Assembly (NCBI GenBank): GCA_964035575.1
Contig: OZ037846.1
Location: 62,001-126,000, forward strand
From: Rhynchopus sp. YZ270_cl-10
Lineage: Eukaryota
Length of the DNA stretch: 64,000 bases
Reading direction: 5' to 3'
A program made the position numbers and the translations under genes. This document shows, one piece after another, positions 22,821-33,963 of this stretch. The notes under the pieces are model-generated. The model was not told the DNA's origin, made no database searches, and saw only the letters and a list, made by a program, of their open reading frames with translations. Within the stretch, counting starts at the first letter, position 1; every line of letters starts with the position of its first letter.

Positions 22821-23992
22821 TAGGTGGGGGCAAAACCCCTATTTTTTTGGACTTCCGCGCAAAGTACGTACAAACCACCCCTCATACCCACCCAGAAATG
22901 GGTCAGAAACACCCTGTGACCCGAAAATCCATGCTAAGGGCGACTCAGAATATGAAAAAATGCAAAAAAAATAGTGAAAAAGTGGCCTTTTGACGGTTTT
23001 GGCCATGTTGGGTAAAATGGCCATTTTTGGACAAAAAAATCAAAAAAACAGCAAAATTTCGACGTCATGACAGCTGCTTGGGCACAAACCTACCCCAGGG
23101 AGGTCCTGTGAGTCCATTCCGACCTGTTTTGGACACTTTAGGTACTTTTTTTGGCCGTTTTTTGGTGTTTTTAGGTCAAAAAATACCCTGGACTTTACCC
23201 TGGACGTCCCTGGGCCGCGACTTGCGCCCTGCTTTTGGACCCACTCTGGGCCAAAAAATAGGTGAAAACCCCCGAAAAAGCACTCCGGGAACCCAGATAG
23301 TTCCAAATATCCACCAGAAACCCACCCAAACACCTCAAAAACATGCCAGAAAAATATTTTCAAAAACACACTTTTTTCAAAAAGTTCATCTGGGCAGGTT
23401 CCATAATAACTTATTTGAAAAAGTGTGTTTTTAAAAATATTTTTCTGGCATGTTTTTGAGGTGTTTGGGTGGGTTTCTGGTGGATATTTGGAACTATCTG
23501 GGTTCCCGGAGTGCTTTTTCGGGGGTTTTCACCCATTTTTTGGCCCAGAGTGGGTCTGAAAGCAGGGCGCAAGTCCGGTCCGGGGATAGTCCGGGGATAG
23601 TCCGGGGATGTTTTTTGACCTAAAAACACCAAAAAACGGCCAAAAAAAGTACCTAAAGTGTCCAAAACAGGTCGGAATGGACTCACAGGACCTCCCTGGG
23701 GTAGGTTTGTGCCCAAGCAGCTGTCATGACGTCGAAATTTTGCTGTTTTTTTGATTTTTTTGTCCAAAAATGGCCATTTTACCCAACATGGCCAAAACCG
23801 TCAAAAGGCCACTTTTTCACTATTTTTTTGCATTTTTTCATATTCTGAGTCGCCCTTAGCATGGATTTTCGGGTCACAGGGTGTTTCTGACCCATTTCTG
23901 GGTGGGTATGAGGGGTGGTTTGTGGGTACTTTGCGCGGAAGTCCAAAAAAGTCAAAATGCCTCACCCGTCCTGAAGGTTTTGCCCCCACCTA
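22821..23992. mobile_element. Foldback element FB-B copy 1, inside a G-run
   Basis: Ends TAGGTGGGGGCAAAACC / GGTTTTGCCCCCACCTA; ~560-bp inverted arms and a ~32-bp spacer. G18 on the left, G31 on the right. Confidence 0.9.
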
Positions 23993-24026
<34 letters not shown>

Positions 24027-24052
24027 GCGCGGACCCTTGACTCTGACACTCT

Positions 24053-24204
24053 GGGTGTACCTGTGTACCTGTGTACCTGTGTACCTGTGTACCTGTGTAC
24101 CTGTGTACCTGTGTACCTGTGTACCTGTGTACCTGTGTACCTGTGTACCTGTGTACCTGTGTACCTGTGTACCTGTGTACCTGTGTACCTGTGTACCTGT
24201 GCAC
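24053..24204. repeat. Microsatellite (CTGTGTAC)n, 17 perfect units plus flanking variants, bracketed by an inverted repeat
   Basis: Flanks CCGCGCGGACCC.TGACTCTG.CACT..GGGTG and CACCCAGTGCCAGAGTCAGGGTCCGCGCGG are inverted. Confidence 0.95.
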
Positions 24205-24419
24205 CCAGTGCCAGAGTCAGGGTCCGCGCGGGGTACCCCTCAGATTTGGGGGGTACCCCGCGGGGTACCCCGCTCGGACCGTACCCTAAGGGTCCGTTTG
24301 GGCCACCGTGAAAAATAAAAGTTGACGTGAAATACAAAGCCCTCTCGTGACAGTGTACCTTTGTACAACACCGGGGTGGACACCCAACCATGCTGTCCTC
24401 CATTTCGTGGTTTACATAT

Positions 24420-25256
24420 GGGTCCGTCCGGAAACCCTCCTGGTAAGATTCATCCTTTTGGGGGTTTTTTGAGGTTTTTCTGCTCAAAACACCCAAACAA
24501 CCCAATTTTTTGATACCCACCATACACCTACCACCCCAGAGGGCATATTTTGGGCATTTATTTTTGTTTATTTCCCCTCCCCCCCTTTTTACTTATATTT
24601 TTTTACGTATTTTTGGACATTTCATAAACGTGGCAATGACAGCAGTGAAGTTCACTTTTTTGTCGAGAAACACGGTAAGAATGGGTGCGACGCACACTTG
24701 GTGTCGTTTCGAACCATCTCTCTGATGATTCTTGTTGTCAGGAGATCCTTACCGTAGGGGTCATTGTCGGTGCCCTGCGCGAGCTTCCCCACACAGAGGC
24801 CTTTGTTATCTCATTCCCTCGTACTCATACGTATCAGTGCACCCTTCTTTCCATCAATCTCTTTTCTTCTGTGTACTGCTACCCGAGCAACGGTCGTGTC
24901 ATTTCAGCGTGTACTCTGACACGGAGGGAACCTTTATTTACTATGGAGTCTCCACATCCAAGGTGACCCGCAAAGCAAAAGTCCCTGGCATTGACCCAGT
25001 AGATTTGACAGAGGTCAATGAAACCTTGTCAAGGCGGCATGGCAGGATTAAGAGAAAGAGAGAAGAGATCCAGAAGAACGACAATAAAAGGCTGAAAATC
25101 TGATTAAAAAAGCGAAAATATAGCCTCAGACCCCCCAAAAAACCTATTTTCATATCAGAATATCACCTAGATGCACTTTTTGTGGGGGACATCATCAAAA
25201 AAACCCAAAAATACCCAAAAGGATGAATCTTACCAGAGGGGTTTCCGGACGAGTCC
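24420..25256 (+). mobile_element. Internally deleted DNA transposon, copy 1 (TIR GGGTCCGTCCGGAAACCC..., ATAT flanks)
   Basis: ~45-bp TIR with ATAT on both sides; homologous to 53504-54138 in the opposite orientation. Confidence 0.8.
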
Positions 25257-25514
25257 ATATGATAAAAATGCTTGCAATACATGAACTTAGCGCTTAGCAA
25301 GAACAACGGGAGGAAGGGGACTGTTAATGTTGTTTCTGACAGAAGTGGAGGCTAAAAAGAGGTGTGTGTGTGTGTGGGGGGTAAAAAACCCCTTCCCCTC
25401 AAAACAAAAAAATCATCCGCAAAAAAAAAAAAGTGGGGGCTAATAAAATACGGTGCACCACATCCCTGAGAGCAGAGGCCTGAGCCATGCCATGGGTAGA
25501 CACCATGCAGGCAC

Positions 25515-28265
25515 TCAGAAGACACTGCTGCGCTGCATGATGCCGTTGACGACGTAGACGCCGTCCTTGCGCGGGAGTAGCATGTGCTCCAGGCTCGACG
25601 GCATGCCTGCTTCCGCTTCAGGCTCGTACAGGCACACCTTCCCTTCACGCACAGCCTCCTCACACAGCGTCCAGGAGCGGCGCACACCACACCCCATCAC
25701 AGTCACAAAGCGCTGCTTCTTCGTCCCCACATTCCCGTGCTGCACAGGGCCGCTCACAAACCCAGCACCGCTGTGCAGTGCTGACAGCAGCAGGCGTTGT
25801 GCAAAACGTATCGCACTCTCACTGTGTGCTGCCAACGAGCGTGTCAGGTTCCACCCCACACACACGGAACTCCCGATGAGTGAGACGACGGAGCCGCGGT
25901 TTTGCTCGAGAGAAGCTGTAAGGGAAACGAGCCTGCTGCTCATGGTGGTCAGGGCTGTCGTCTCCTCTAACCCCGCAAAGGCGACTATGCCGAGTGTTGC
26001 ACAGAACGGGTGTGTATTATTGCTATCGGGTCTTACGTGAACCAATCGTGAACCTCGCTCACTGTTTTTGTCAGATCTGCAAGACAACCACGACTGAGAC
26101 ATTCCAAGATCACGTGCCACAAGTGGGTTCGTCTCCCGTCCCGCAAGTGCAGCCGGCCACACACAGCACACATCTGTCGTCCCACTCACACCCTTCAAGT
26201 CCTGACGAAAGGAAGCGCCCATCACCACATCGCGTGCAACATACTCATCCTTGCACAGTGCAGAGCAGATCGCAACAGCACCTGGTTGGCAAGCGCTTTT
26301 AAGTCGTGACGCAACGTTGGCAGTGTGTCCGAAGTAGTCCATGCGTCCAGTGAGTGTGTTCAACTCCACAGTGACAGGCCCTGTGTTGATCCCAATGCAT
26401 ACAGTGAGACCACACCACAGCAAGCCCTGCTCAGCGCAGATCGGTGCGTCCTCCATAAGAGACGGCGGCCACTCCGCCTCGCGCAGCCGTTCGTGCACCT
26501 TCAGCGCAAAGTCCATCCCGTCCTGTGTCGTCGCAAAGGCAATCATGAAGGCGTCGCCAATCGTCTTCACCTCGTAGCCGCCGAAGGTGTGCATCACGTC
26601 CCGTATCACAGCGTTGTGGATGCGCAGCCCAGCACGCATCCCGTCAGGTGCAGCTTCCCAGATCGACGTAGACGCACGGATGTCTGTAAAGACAATCGTC
26701 ACTGTGCCTTCGTCCAGTCCAGGTGCTGCTGACTTGCGTCGCTCGTCAGGTGCTTCCTCAGCAAGCTCAAACAGCGCAGCAGGGAGGTAGGGACGGTACT
26801 CCTCCAGACGGCTGATGGACAGCAGCATCCCACCCATCAGGCTGTGCACCTCCTTCACAACCACGTGTTTCCTGCCGTATCGTGAGATCGCACGCTGTGC
26901 CACATCCGTTTCAAACTCGCCAATGGCTTTGATGGCAACAGACAGGTGCCGCATCGGTAGTGCAATGAACACAACCTCGAGTATCGAGATCATCAAGTCA
27001 AACACAAACACAAGCAGCGTGAAGATCACAAGCACCACAAGCGCCTTCTGCACCTTTGCCTCCACAGACGACACAGGACGCAGCCATATCAGAAAGGCGT
27101 CTTGGTGCAGCTGCGCACCCTTGCGCACAAAGTGTTCCTCACCACCGAGCATCACCTTCATAAACGTGTGGGACGGTTCCTCCAGCACCTCTTCGAACGC
27201 ATCCTTCACTGCCTGCGACTGCATGTCTGACACTTTCATGGCACATGACAGCGGTGCAACCGTGCTGAAGGAACGCACATCAGAGTTGCACAACCCCACC
27301 AGGTGTTCTCCTGTTGTCGACGCGTACACAATGGAGAGCTTTGCGTCCACAATCACCACTGTTGTGTCTGGGTGCTGCTTCTTGTACTCTGCCATCGGTT
27401 TCTCCCACATCCCGTACTCAAAGTGCGCTGAGATGATGACTGCTCTGTACTTGCTCCACGGGTGCGGTGCAGGTGGTGGCACGTGCACAGAATCATACCC
27501 TGCATATGCATACGTAGTTCCGTCCATTGATATCCACGAATAAGGTGGTCGCCACTTGTGTCCCACGTCAGGCCCATCCCCTGTAGCCCACCCCCCTGAA
27601 GGAGGCAGCCCGTTGCGTGGGTCGTAGTCAGGCCCAATGAGGTCCACTAGATAGCTCACGCCGTTCCACTTGTATACAAAATCTCGGACTTCGCCTGTGA
27701 CGTTGTGCATGCGGTGTGTTGAGATGAGCATCTCAGTGGGGTATGGCGGCTGTGCTGTGGTGTTGACTGTGAAGTAGTCTTCGTGTGGTGCAAACTGGTT
27801 GTGGTATTCTCCGTAGATGTAGTCACGTCTTCCGTCACGGAGAACGTCGGCCCAGACGATGTTGTAAAAAGCAGTGCCGTCTGTGATGTTGTGTGGCACG
27901 AGGAAGATTACAGCTGAGTAAAGACCCAAAGACTTCACAACTGTGAAGAAGTACGGACGCATCTTTCCCTCCCAGAGCAAGGGGTCGTCTGTGGTGATCG
28001 TGTCCTCGTTGTAGGTGAAGTAGCGTGTGGCCTCAGTCGCTGTCGGTGGCCTTGTGATGATGTCGTGCATATGTTTCTCAAGGCTGGCGAGCTCACTCGA
28101 ACTCGTCTCACGCACAGTGTCCTCCAGCGACTTGAGACTCTCGAAGTACATCACCAGACCACCACCCATTGAAGCTGCTGTCGACACCAATGTCGCAAAT
28201 GCAATGACAGCCAGCACAGGCGGCTTGCATTGCCGCGGTGCATCACACCTAGCTGTGTGCTGCAT
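25515..28265 (-). CDS. Receptor adenylyl cyclase AC2 (TM - extracellular sensor - TM - HAMP-like - cyclase - degenerate cyclase)
   Basis: 916-aa ORF from the ATG at 28265; cyclase motifs as in AC1, but with VCIGINTG, GHTANV and ASRLKS substitutions. Confidence 0.9.
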   Translation of the reverse strand: MQHTARCDAPRQCKPPVLAVIAFATLVSTAASMGGGLVMYFESLKSLEDTVRETSSSELASLEKHMHDIITRPPTATEATRYFTYNEDTITTDDPLLWEGKMRPYFFTVVKSLGLYSAVIFLVPHNITDGTAFYNIVWADVLRDGRRDYIYGEYHNQFAPHEDYFTVNTTAQPPYPTEMLISTHRMHNVTGEVRDFVYKWNGVSYLVDLIGPDYDPRNGLPPSGGWATGDGPDVGHKWRPPYSWISMDGTTYAYAGYDSVHVPPPAPHPWSKYRAVIISAHFEYGMWEKPMAEYKKQHPDTTVVIVDAKLSIVYASTTGEHLVGLCNSDVRSFSTVAPLSCAMKVSDMQSQAVKDAFEEVLEEPSHTFMKVMLGGEEHFVRKGAQLHQDAFLIWLRPVSSVEAKVQKALVVLVIFTLLVFVFDLMISILEVVFIALPMRHLSVAIKAIGEFETDVAQRAISRYGRKHVVVKEVHSLMGGMLLSISRLEEYRPYLPAALFELAEEAPDERRKSAAPGLDEGTVTIVFTDIRASTSIWEAAPDGMRAGLRIHNAVIRDVMHTFGGYEVKTIGDAFMIAFATTQDGMDFALKVHERLREAEWPPSLMEDAPICAEQGLLWCGLTVCIGINTGPVTVELNTLTGRMDYFGHTANVASRLKSACQPGAVAICSALCKDEYVARDVVMGASFRQDLKGVSGTTDVCCVWPAALAGRETNPLVARDLGMSQSWLSCRSDKNSERGSRLVHVRPDSNNTHPFCATLGIVAFAGLEETTALTTMSSRLVSLTASLEQNRGSVVSLIGSSVCVGWNLTRSLAAHSESAIRFAQRLLLSALHSGAGFVSGPVQHGNVGTKKQRFVTVMGCGVRRSWTLCEEAVREGKVCLYEPEAEAGMPSSLEHMLLPRKDGVYVVNGIMQRSSVF

Positions 28266-28546
28266 CACCGCACAGGGTTTATGTCATGTGTACTGTGCCA
28301 CCTCATTCTGTTGGTGTGTGCGTTGTGTTCACAGACAAATGAGCAGTGGACGTACACATGCACAATATATGCCGCCAACGTCAGAAACTACAACACTGCA
28401 GTCGTTAATTGCGCGCAATCGAAGAACAGAACGTTCGTATAAAAATAAAATTGGGCGGGTGAGGTCAAGAGGTGGGCTTTCATGTTTGTTTCTGTTTGCA
28501 AATAAAAACAACAAAAAAACTTTCTACCCCCAACCCGTCCAGAAAA

Positions 28547-29367
28547 GTGAAGTTATTAATGCAGGCACCTCCGACTGACCCACGTACGATGCCAGCCATC
28601 CGGATGAAAGCACAAGTACCCTGTGGCCAACAACAGAAGATGTAAAAAGGAAACCTAATGACTGGCCCGTACCGTAAGAGAACGAGGGCGGTTCACAACC
28701 GCTCGACAGCCGGCGGCCCACCTTCCGTTGAAGAGTTGTGAGCTTACAGGTACTGCAGTTCGCTGCACCCAACGCTTGATGCACGATAGTCTACACAAGA
28801 GAGCAGAAACCCAAAAACACAAAAAGGGGTGGGCGGGGGGGTCACAACATCTCTCTCTTGGCGCCCCATGCTGTACCGACAGTTGGGCCTCACCCTTTCT
28901 CTTAGGGATATACATGGACGTCCTTACAGGCAGCACACCGTAACCCAAAGGCGTGGCAGAGAGACTCCGTAGAGCGACTCTGGCCTGACCGCTGGCCATT
29001 TATGCTCCGGGTGCGAGCACCCATCATAGCATAGGGGGGCCAGCCTGACCCAGCATTTATATACCCTGCCAGGGTGAACTAGCATAAAAGAGGGCAGGGG
29101 CGTTTAGACCCTGAGGACTAGGGGAAGTCCCGCATACCCCAACAGAAAGACAAAGGCTATGCACTGGTGATATAGGAGAGGCAGGGTTGCTGAAAAACAA
29201 AAAGACCCTGAAGGCACAAAAACGCCCCGCATCCCTCCTCGCCTCCTGTTTTGTAATCTCTCAGGTAGGAGACATCGGTTCGAGCGGTCAACACCTTCAT
29301 AGAGTTTCTGGAGGAACGGACCCCCGGATGCAATTTAAGGTCCAGCACAGGACCACAGCCAGAAAAA
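28547..29367. mobile_element. 821-bp insertion without TIRs, 8-bp TSD CCAGAAAA
   Basis: Absent from the paralogous upstream region of AC4 (37015-37040, ...CCCGTCCAGAAAAAGAAAAGACCC). CCAGAAAA is duplicated at 28539-28546 and 29368-29375. Confidence 0.8.
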
Positions 29368-29375
29368 CCAGAAAA

Positions 29376-29790
29376 AGAAAAGACCCTTTGACTGAAGTAC
29401 AGAAATGAGAGTGCACAACAAAGGGGGAGCGGAATACACAAAAGAAGTCCCAGACGTTTGAATCATTTCCCACCACAACCACACCCACCATAGATGCACT
29501 TAGTACTGCACCACACCAAAATGGGCGGAATAACTGCCACCTGTTTTATTTTATTTTTTGACTTGGTACCAGTACTGTCCTCTTTTGCTCTGCCAAGGCA
29601 GTGTTCACGTCTTGGCGTATTGGGAGTAGTAGCCTGGGCTCTGGTCCCGGTTGATGCCTTTTTCCCCCAACATCAGATGCACGGGTACAACTAATGTGGT
29701 TGGGATGGCCGGATTGCCACATTGTTTATTTGCAAAGGAGTCAAATCATCCAAATTAAGTCTTTTTGTGCTTCTGTTTTGCATCCCTTGA
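29376..29790. repeat. Segmental duplication of the AC upstream region (copy at ~37028-37440)
   Basis: Near-identical noncoding sequence upstream of AC2 and AC4. Confidence 0.85.
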
Positions 29791-30684
29791 ATGGTGCCAA
29801 AAAAAGTGGGTCCATAAATTTTATTGTTCCTTCCTTCAAAACTTCGCACATAACGCTTTTGGTTTTTGGGAGACACGCAAGGTGCCAGGTTCTATGATAT
29901 GCACGGAACCACCCTGCACCTGTTTGTCATATTGTTTCCCGTGCATTGGAGAATACATGGAGAAACGTTTCGCACTCTAAAGTAGGGCAAAGAAACGACG
30001 CAGACGTCGTCTGTCACAAACCCGAAGGGTCGTGGCAGGGACACACAGATCGCAGCCTGTGCATGGGCATCTCTACTGCAGGTTCAGCGTCTAGGCCAGG
30101 ACGGTTGTGTCACCAGTACTCAACTGCGTCATGTCTGCACCTTCGGGCATCACCTTCCCTCGGAGCTCACGTCAAAGCCGTCTTCGCACAACGCTGCTGC
30201 AGACGCCGTATTATGGCGTATGTCCGCAGTTGTATCATAATATTATAAAGAAAGATTTTTGATAAAAATTGCGAACACAAAAACCAGCACGTGTGGAAGA
30301 AAAAAGGAGAGTAAAATATTTTGCTTCTGATTCAAAGTGGTGTTTACGTTTTGGGTACGGGGCGGAGAATAAAATCTGTTCGATAAAAGAAACGCGAGCT
30401 CATTGCTATATCTTGTTCAAATAAAACTTTAAGATGAACCTCTCGTACTTAGTTACCTAAACCTAAAACAAGGCGTCTAAGCATGTGTTGCTTGTGTGAG
30501 AGTTTTTAAGACTATAACTGCCGACTCTAATCAGCGCTCTGTAACAAGAAAACAGAATATTTCAACATGAGCCTAAGCCAAGCGTGGGTAGTAACCTTGA
30601 AATGTGCAGTGGTGCACAACACAACAAAACGAAAGGTGTAAACCTCGTCGAAATAACAACCTTCACTTAGCCCAGTTCTTCCCA

Positions 30685-33443
30685 TCAGTACTGCAGTGAG
30701 GAGAGATGACCTTGTTCGGAAGCAGTGTCGTTGTCCACGTCGCCATTGACAACATAAACGCCGTCCTTGCGCGGGAGTAGCATGTGCTCCAGGCTCGACG
30801 GCATGCCTGCGTCCGCTTCAGGCTCGTACAGGCACACCTTCCCTTCACGCACAGCCTCCTCACACAGCGTCCAGGAGCGGCGCACACCACGCCCCATCAC
30901 AGTCACGAAGCGCTGCTTCTTCGTCCCCACATTCCCGTGCTGCACAGGGCCGCTCACAAACCCAGCACCGCTGTGCAGTGCTGACAGCAGCAAGCGTTGT
31001 GCAAAACGTATCGCACTCTCACTGTGTGCTGCCAACGAGCGTGTCAGGTTCCACCCCACACACACGGAACTCCCGAGGAGTGAGACAAGCATCCCACGGC
31101 TCTGGTCCAAGGCCACAGTGAGGCTCGAGAGCCGCACGCTCAGGTCAGCCAGGACAGGCGTCTCCTCCTCTGTGTCTGCACTGTAGGATACCATGCCGAG
31201 TGTGGCACAGAACTGCTTTGAGGCTGAGGTCTCGCTATTCACTGAGCTGACCAACAACACTCGCGAATCTGCGCTTGTTGTAAAGTCCTTTGTCCCTGAT
31301 GACGCACGTGCCACAAGTGGGTTCGTCTCCCGTCCCGCAAGTGCAGCCGGCCACACACAGCACACATCTGTCGTCCCACTCACACCCTTCAAGTCCTGAC
31401 GAAAGGAAGCGCCAATCACCACATCGCGTGCAACATACTCATCCTTGCACAGTGCAGAGCAGATCGCCACAGCACCAGGTTGGCAAGCGCTTTCGAGGCG
31501 TGATGCGACGTTCACAGTGTGTCCGAAGTAGTCCATGCGTCCGGTGAGTGTGTTCAACTCCACAGTGACAGGCCCTGTGTTGATCCCAATGCGGACAGTG
31601 AGACCACACCACAGCAAGCCCTGCTCAGCGCAGATCGGTGCGTCCTCCATAAGAGACGGCGGCCACTCCGCCTCGCGCAGCCGTTCGTGCACCTTCAGCG
31701 CAAAGTCCATCCCGTCCTGTGTCGTCGCAAAGGCAATCATGAAGGCGTCGCCAATCGTCTTCACCTCGTAGCCGCCGAAGGTGTGCATCACGTCCCGTAT
31801 CACAGCGTTGTGGATGCGCAGCCCAGCACGCATCCCGTCAGGTGCAGCTTCCCAGATCGACGTTGACGCACGGATGTCTGTAAAGACAATCGTCACTGTG
31901 CCTTCGTCCAGTCCAGGTGCCGCTGACTTGCGTCGCTCGTCAGGTGCTTCCTCAGCAAGCTCAAACAGCGCAGCAGGGAGGTAGGGACGGTACTCCTCCA
32001 GACGGCTGATGGACAGCAGCATCCCACCCATCAGGCTGTCTTCACAACCACGTGTTTCCTGCCGTATCGTGAGATCGCACGCTGTGCCACGTCTGTTTCA
32101 AACTCGCCAATGGCTTTGATGGCAACAGACAGGTGCCGCATCGGTAGTGCAATGAACACAACCTCGAGTATCGAGATCATCAAGTCAAACACAAACACAA
32201 GCAGCGTGAAGATCACAAGCACCACAAGCGCCTTCTGCACCTTTGCCTCCACAGACGACACAGGACGCAGCCATATCAGAAAGGCGTCTTGGTGCAGCTG
32301 CGCACCCTTGCGCACAAAGTGTTCCTCACCACCGAGCATCACCTTCATAAACGTGTGGGACGGTTCCTCCAGCACCTCTTCGAACGCATCCTTCACTGCC
32401 TGCGACTGCATGTCTGACACTTTCATGGCACATATTGCACCCGTGCTGGTACGCACATCAGAGTTGCACAACCCCACCAGGTGTTCTCCTGTTGTCGACG
32501 CGTACACAATGGAGAGCTTTGCGTCCACAATCACCACTGTTGTGTCTGGGTGCTCCTTTTTGTACTCTGCCATCGGTTTCTCCCACATCACGTACAAAAC
32601 GTGCGCGGAGATGATGACTGCTCTGTACTTGCTCCACGGGTGCGGTGCAGGTGGTGGCACGTGCACAGAATCATACCCGGCGAAGGCGTGCGAGGTTCCG
32701 TCCAGTGACGTCCACGCATTAGGCGGTCGCCACCGGTGTGCCACGGCAAGCCCATCCCCTGTGTCCCACCCCCCTGAAGGAGGCAGCCCGTCGCGTGGGT
32801 CGTAGTCAGGCCCAAGCAGGTCCACTAGATAGCTCACGCCGTTCCACGCGAAAACAAAATCTCGGACTTTGCCTGTGACGTTGTGCAAGTGGTGTGTTGA
32901 GATGAGCATCTCAGTGGGGTATGGCGGCTGTGCTGTGGTGTTGACTGTGAAGTAGTCTTCGTGTGGTGCAAGCTGGTTGTGGTATTCTCCGTAGATGTAG
33001 TCACGTCTTCCGTCACGGAGAAGGTTGGCCCAGACGATGTTGTAAAAAGCAGTGCCGTCTGTGATGTTGTGTGGCACGAGGCAGATCACAGCTGAGTAAA
33101 TACCCAAAGACTTCACAAGTGAGAAGTAGAACGGACGCATCTTTCCAGCCCAGAGCAAGGGGTCATCTGTGGTGATCGTGTCCTCGTTGTAGGTGAAGTA
33201 GCGTGTGGCCTCAGTCGCTGTCGGTGGCCTTGTGATGATGTCGTGCAGATGCTTCTCAAGACTGGCGAGCTCACTCGAACTCGTCTCACGCACAGTGTCC
33301 TCCAGCGACTTGAGACTCTCGAAGTACATCACCAGACCACCACCCATTGAAGCTGCTGTCGACACCCATGTCGCAAATGCAATGACAGCCAGCACAGGCG
33401 GCTTGCATTGCCGCGGTGCATCACACGTAGCTGTGTGCTGCAT
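30685..33443 (-). pseudogene. Receptor adenylyl cyclase AC3, split by a 7-bp deletion
   Basis: Relative to paralogs, GCACCTC is missing at 32039/32040, giving VVVKTA* overlapping the ATG of a 448-aa cyclase ORF. There is also a 1-nt insertion near 30712 relative to AC5. Confidence 0.8.
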
Positions 33444-33963
33444 CACCGCAATGTGTAGTGTGGTACCCCATTCTGTTGGTGTGTGTGTTGTGGTCACAGA
33501 CAAACGAACACCACCACAAGAGTGGACGGACACATGCACAATATATGCCGCCAACATGTTCTTTGTTGCGACACAACCCGCTGTTGGACAACGTCCAACG
33601 CGGAGAAGTCGTTATTTTGACAGGTAAAAAGGAAAAGGCTTGCACATCAAAAAAAAGCAGTATTGCACACACGAAAAACATCCGCAGGAACTGCGGCCAA
33701 CTAAAAAAGATCTGTTGCGAAGAAAAAACAACTTACTGTTGACAAGCTTCCTTTTTTTATTGAAGCAAATGTGTAACTTTGCAAAAATATTTTGGTTTTT
33801 TTGAGCACGTTGCGAACGAACAAGTCACGTGTGCCCACTACCCTGTGCCTGTAAAGACATATATGCGTCGCCTTGGTGGGAGTCTGCTTGTATAATACTC
33901 GCTGTGAAGCACACAGGTCAAACGAGATGCCTTGCACGTCTGCACCTCGCATGCTTCCATTTC

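Larger units (their letters stand above)
19247..24310. mobile_element. Possible ~5-kb composite element with CACGGTGGCCC inverted termini and GGGGTACCCC subterminal arrays
   Basis: CACGGTGGCCCA..GGACCC at 19247 and its reverse complement ending at 24310. GGGGTACCCC palindrome clusters at 19272-19562 and 24230-24290. Flanks are AACAA/AAAAA, an imperfect 5-bp TSD. Confidence 0.5.

Noticed and set aside
23881..24523. VYLCTCVP / HRYTGTQV ORFs
   Set aside because: Translations of (CTGTGTAC)n.
27480..27600. Diversity-generating retroelement explanation for AC sensor variability
   Set aside because: No reverse transcriptase or template repeat in the window, and the substitutions are not adenine-restricted.
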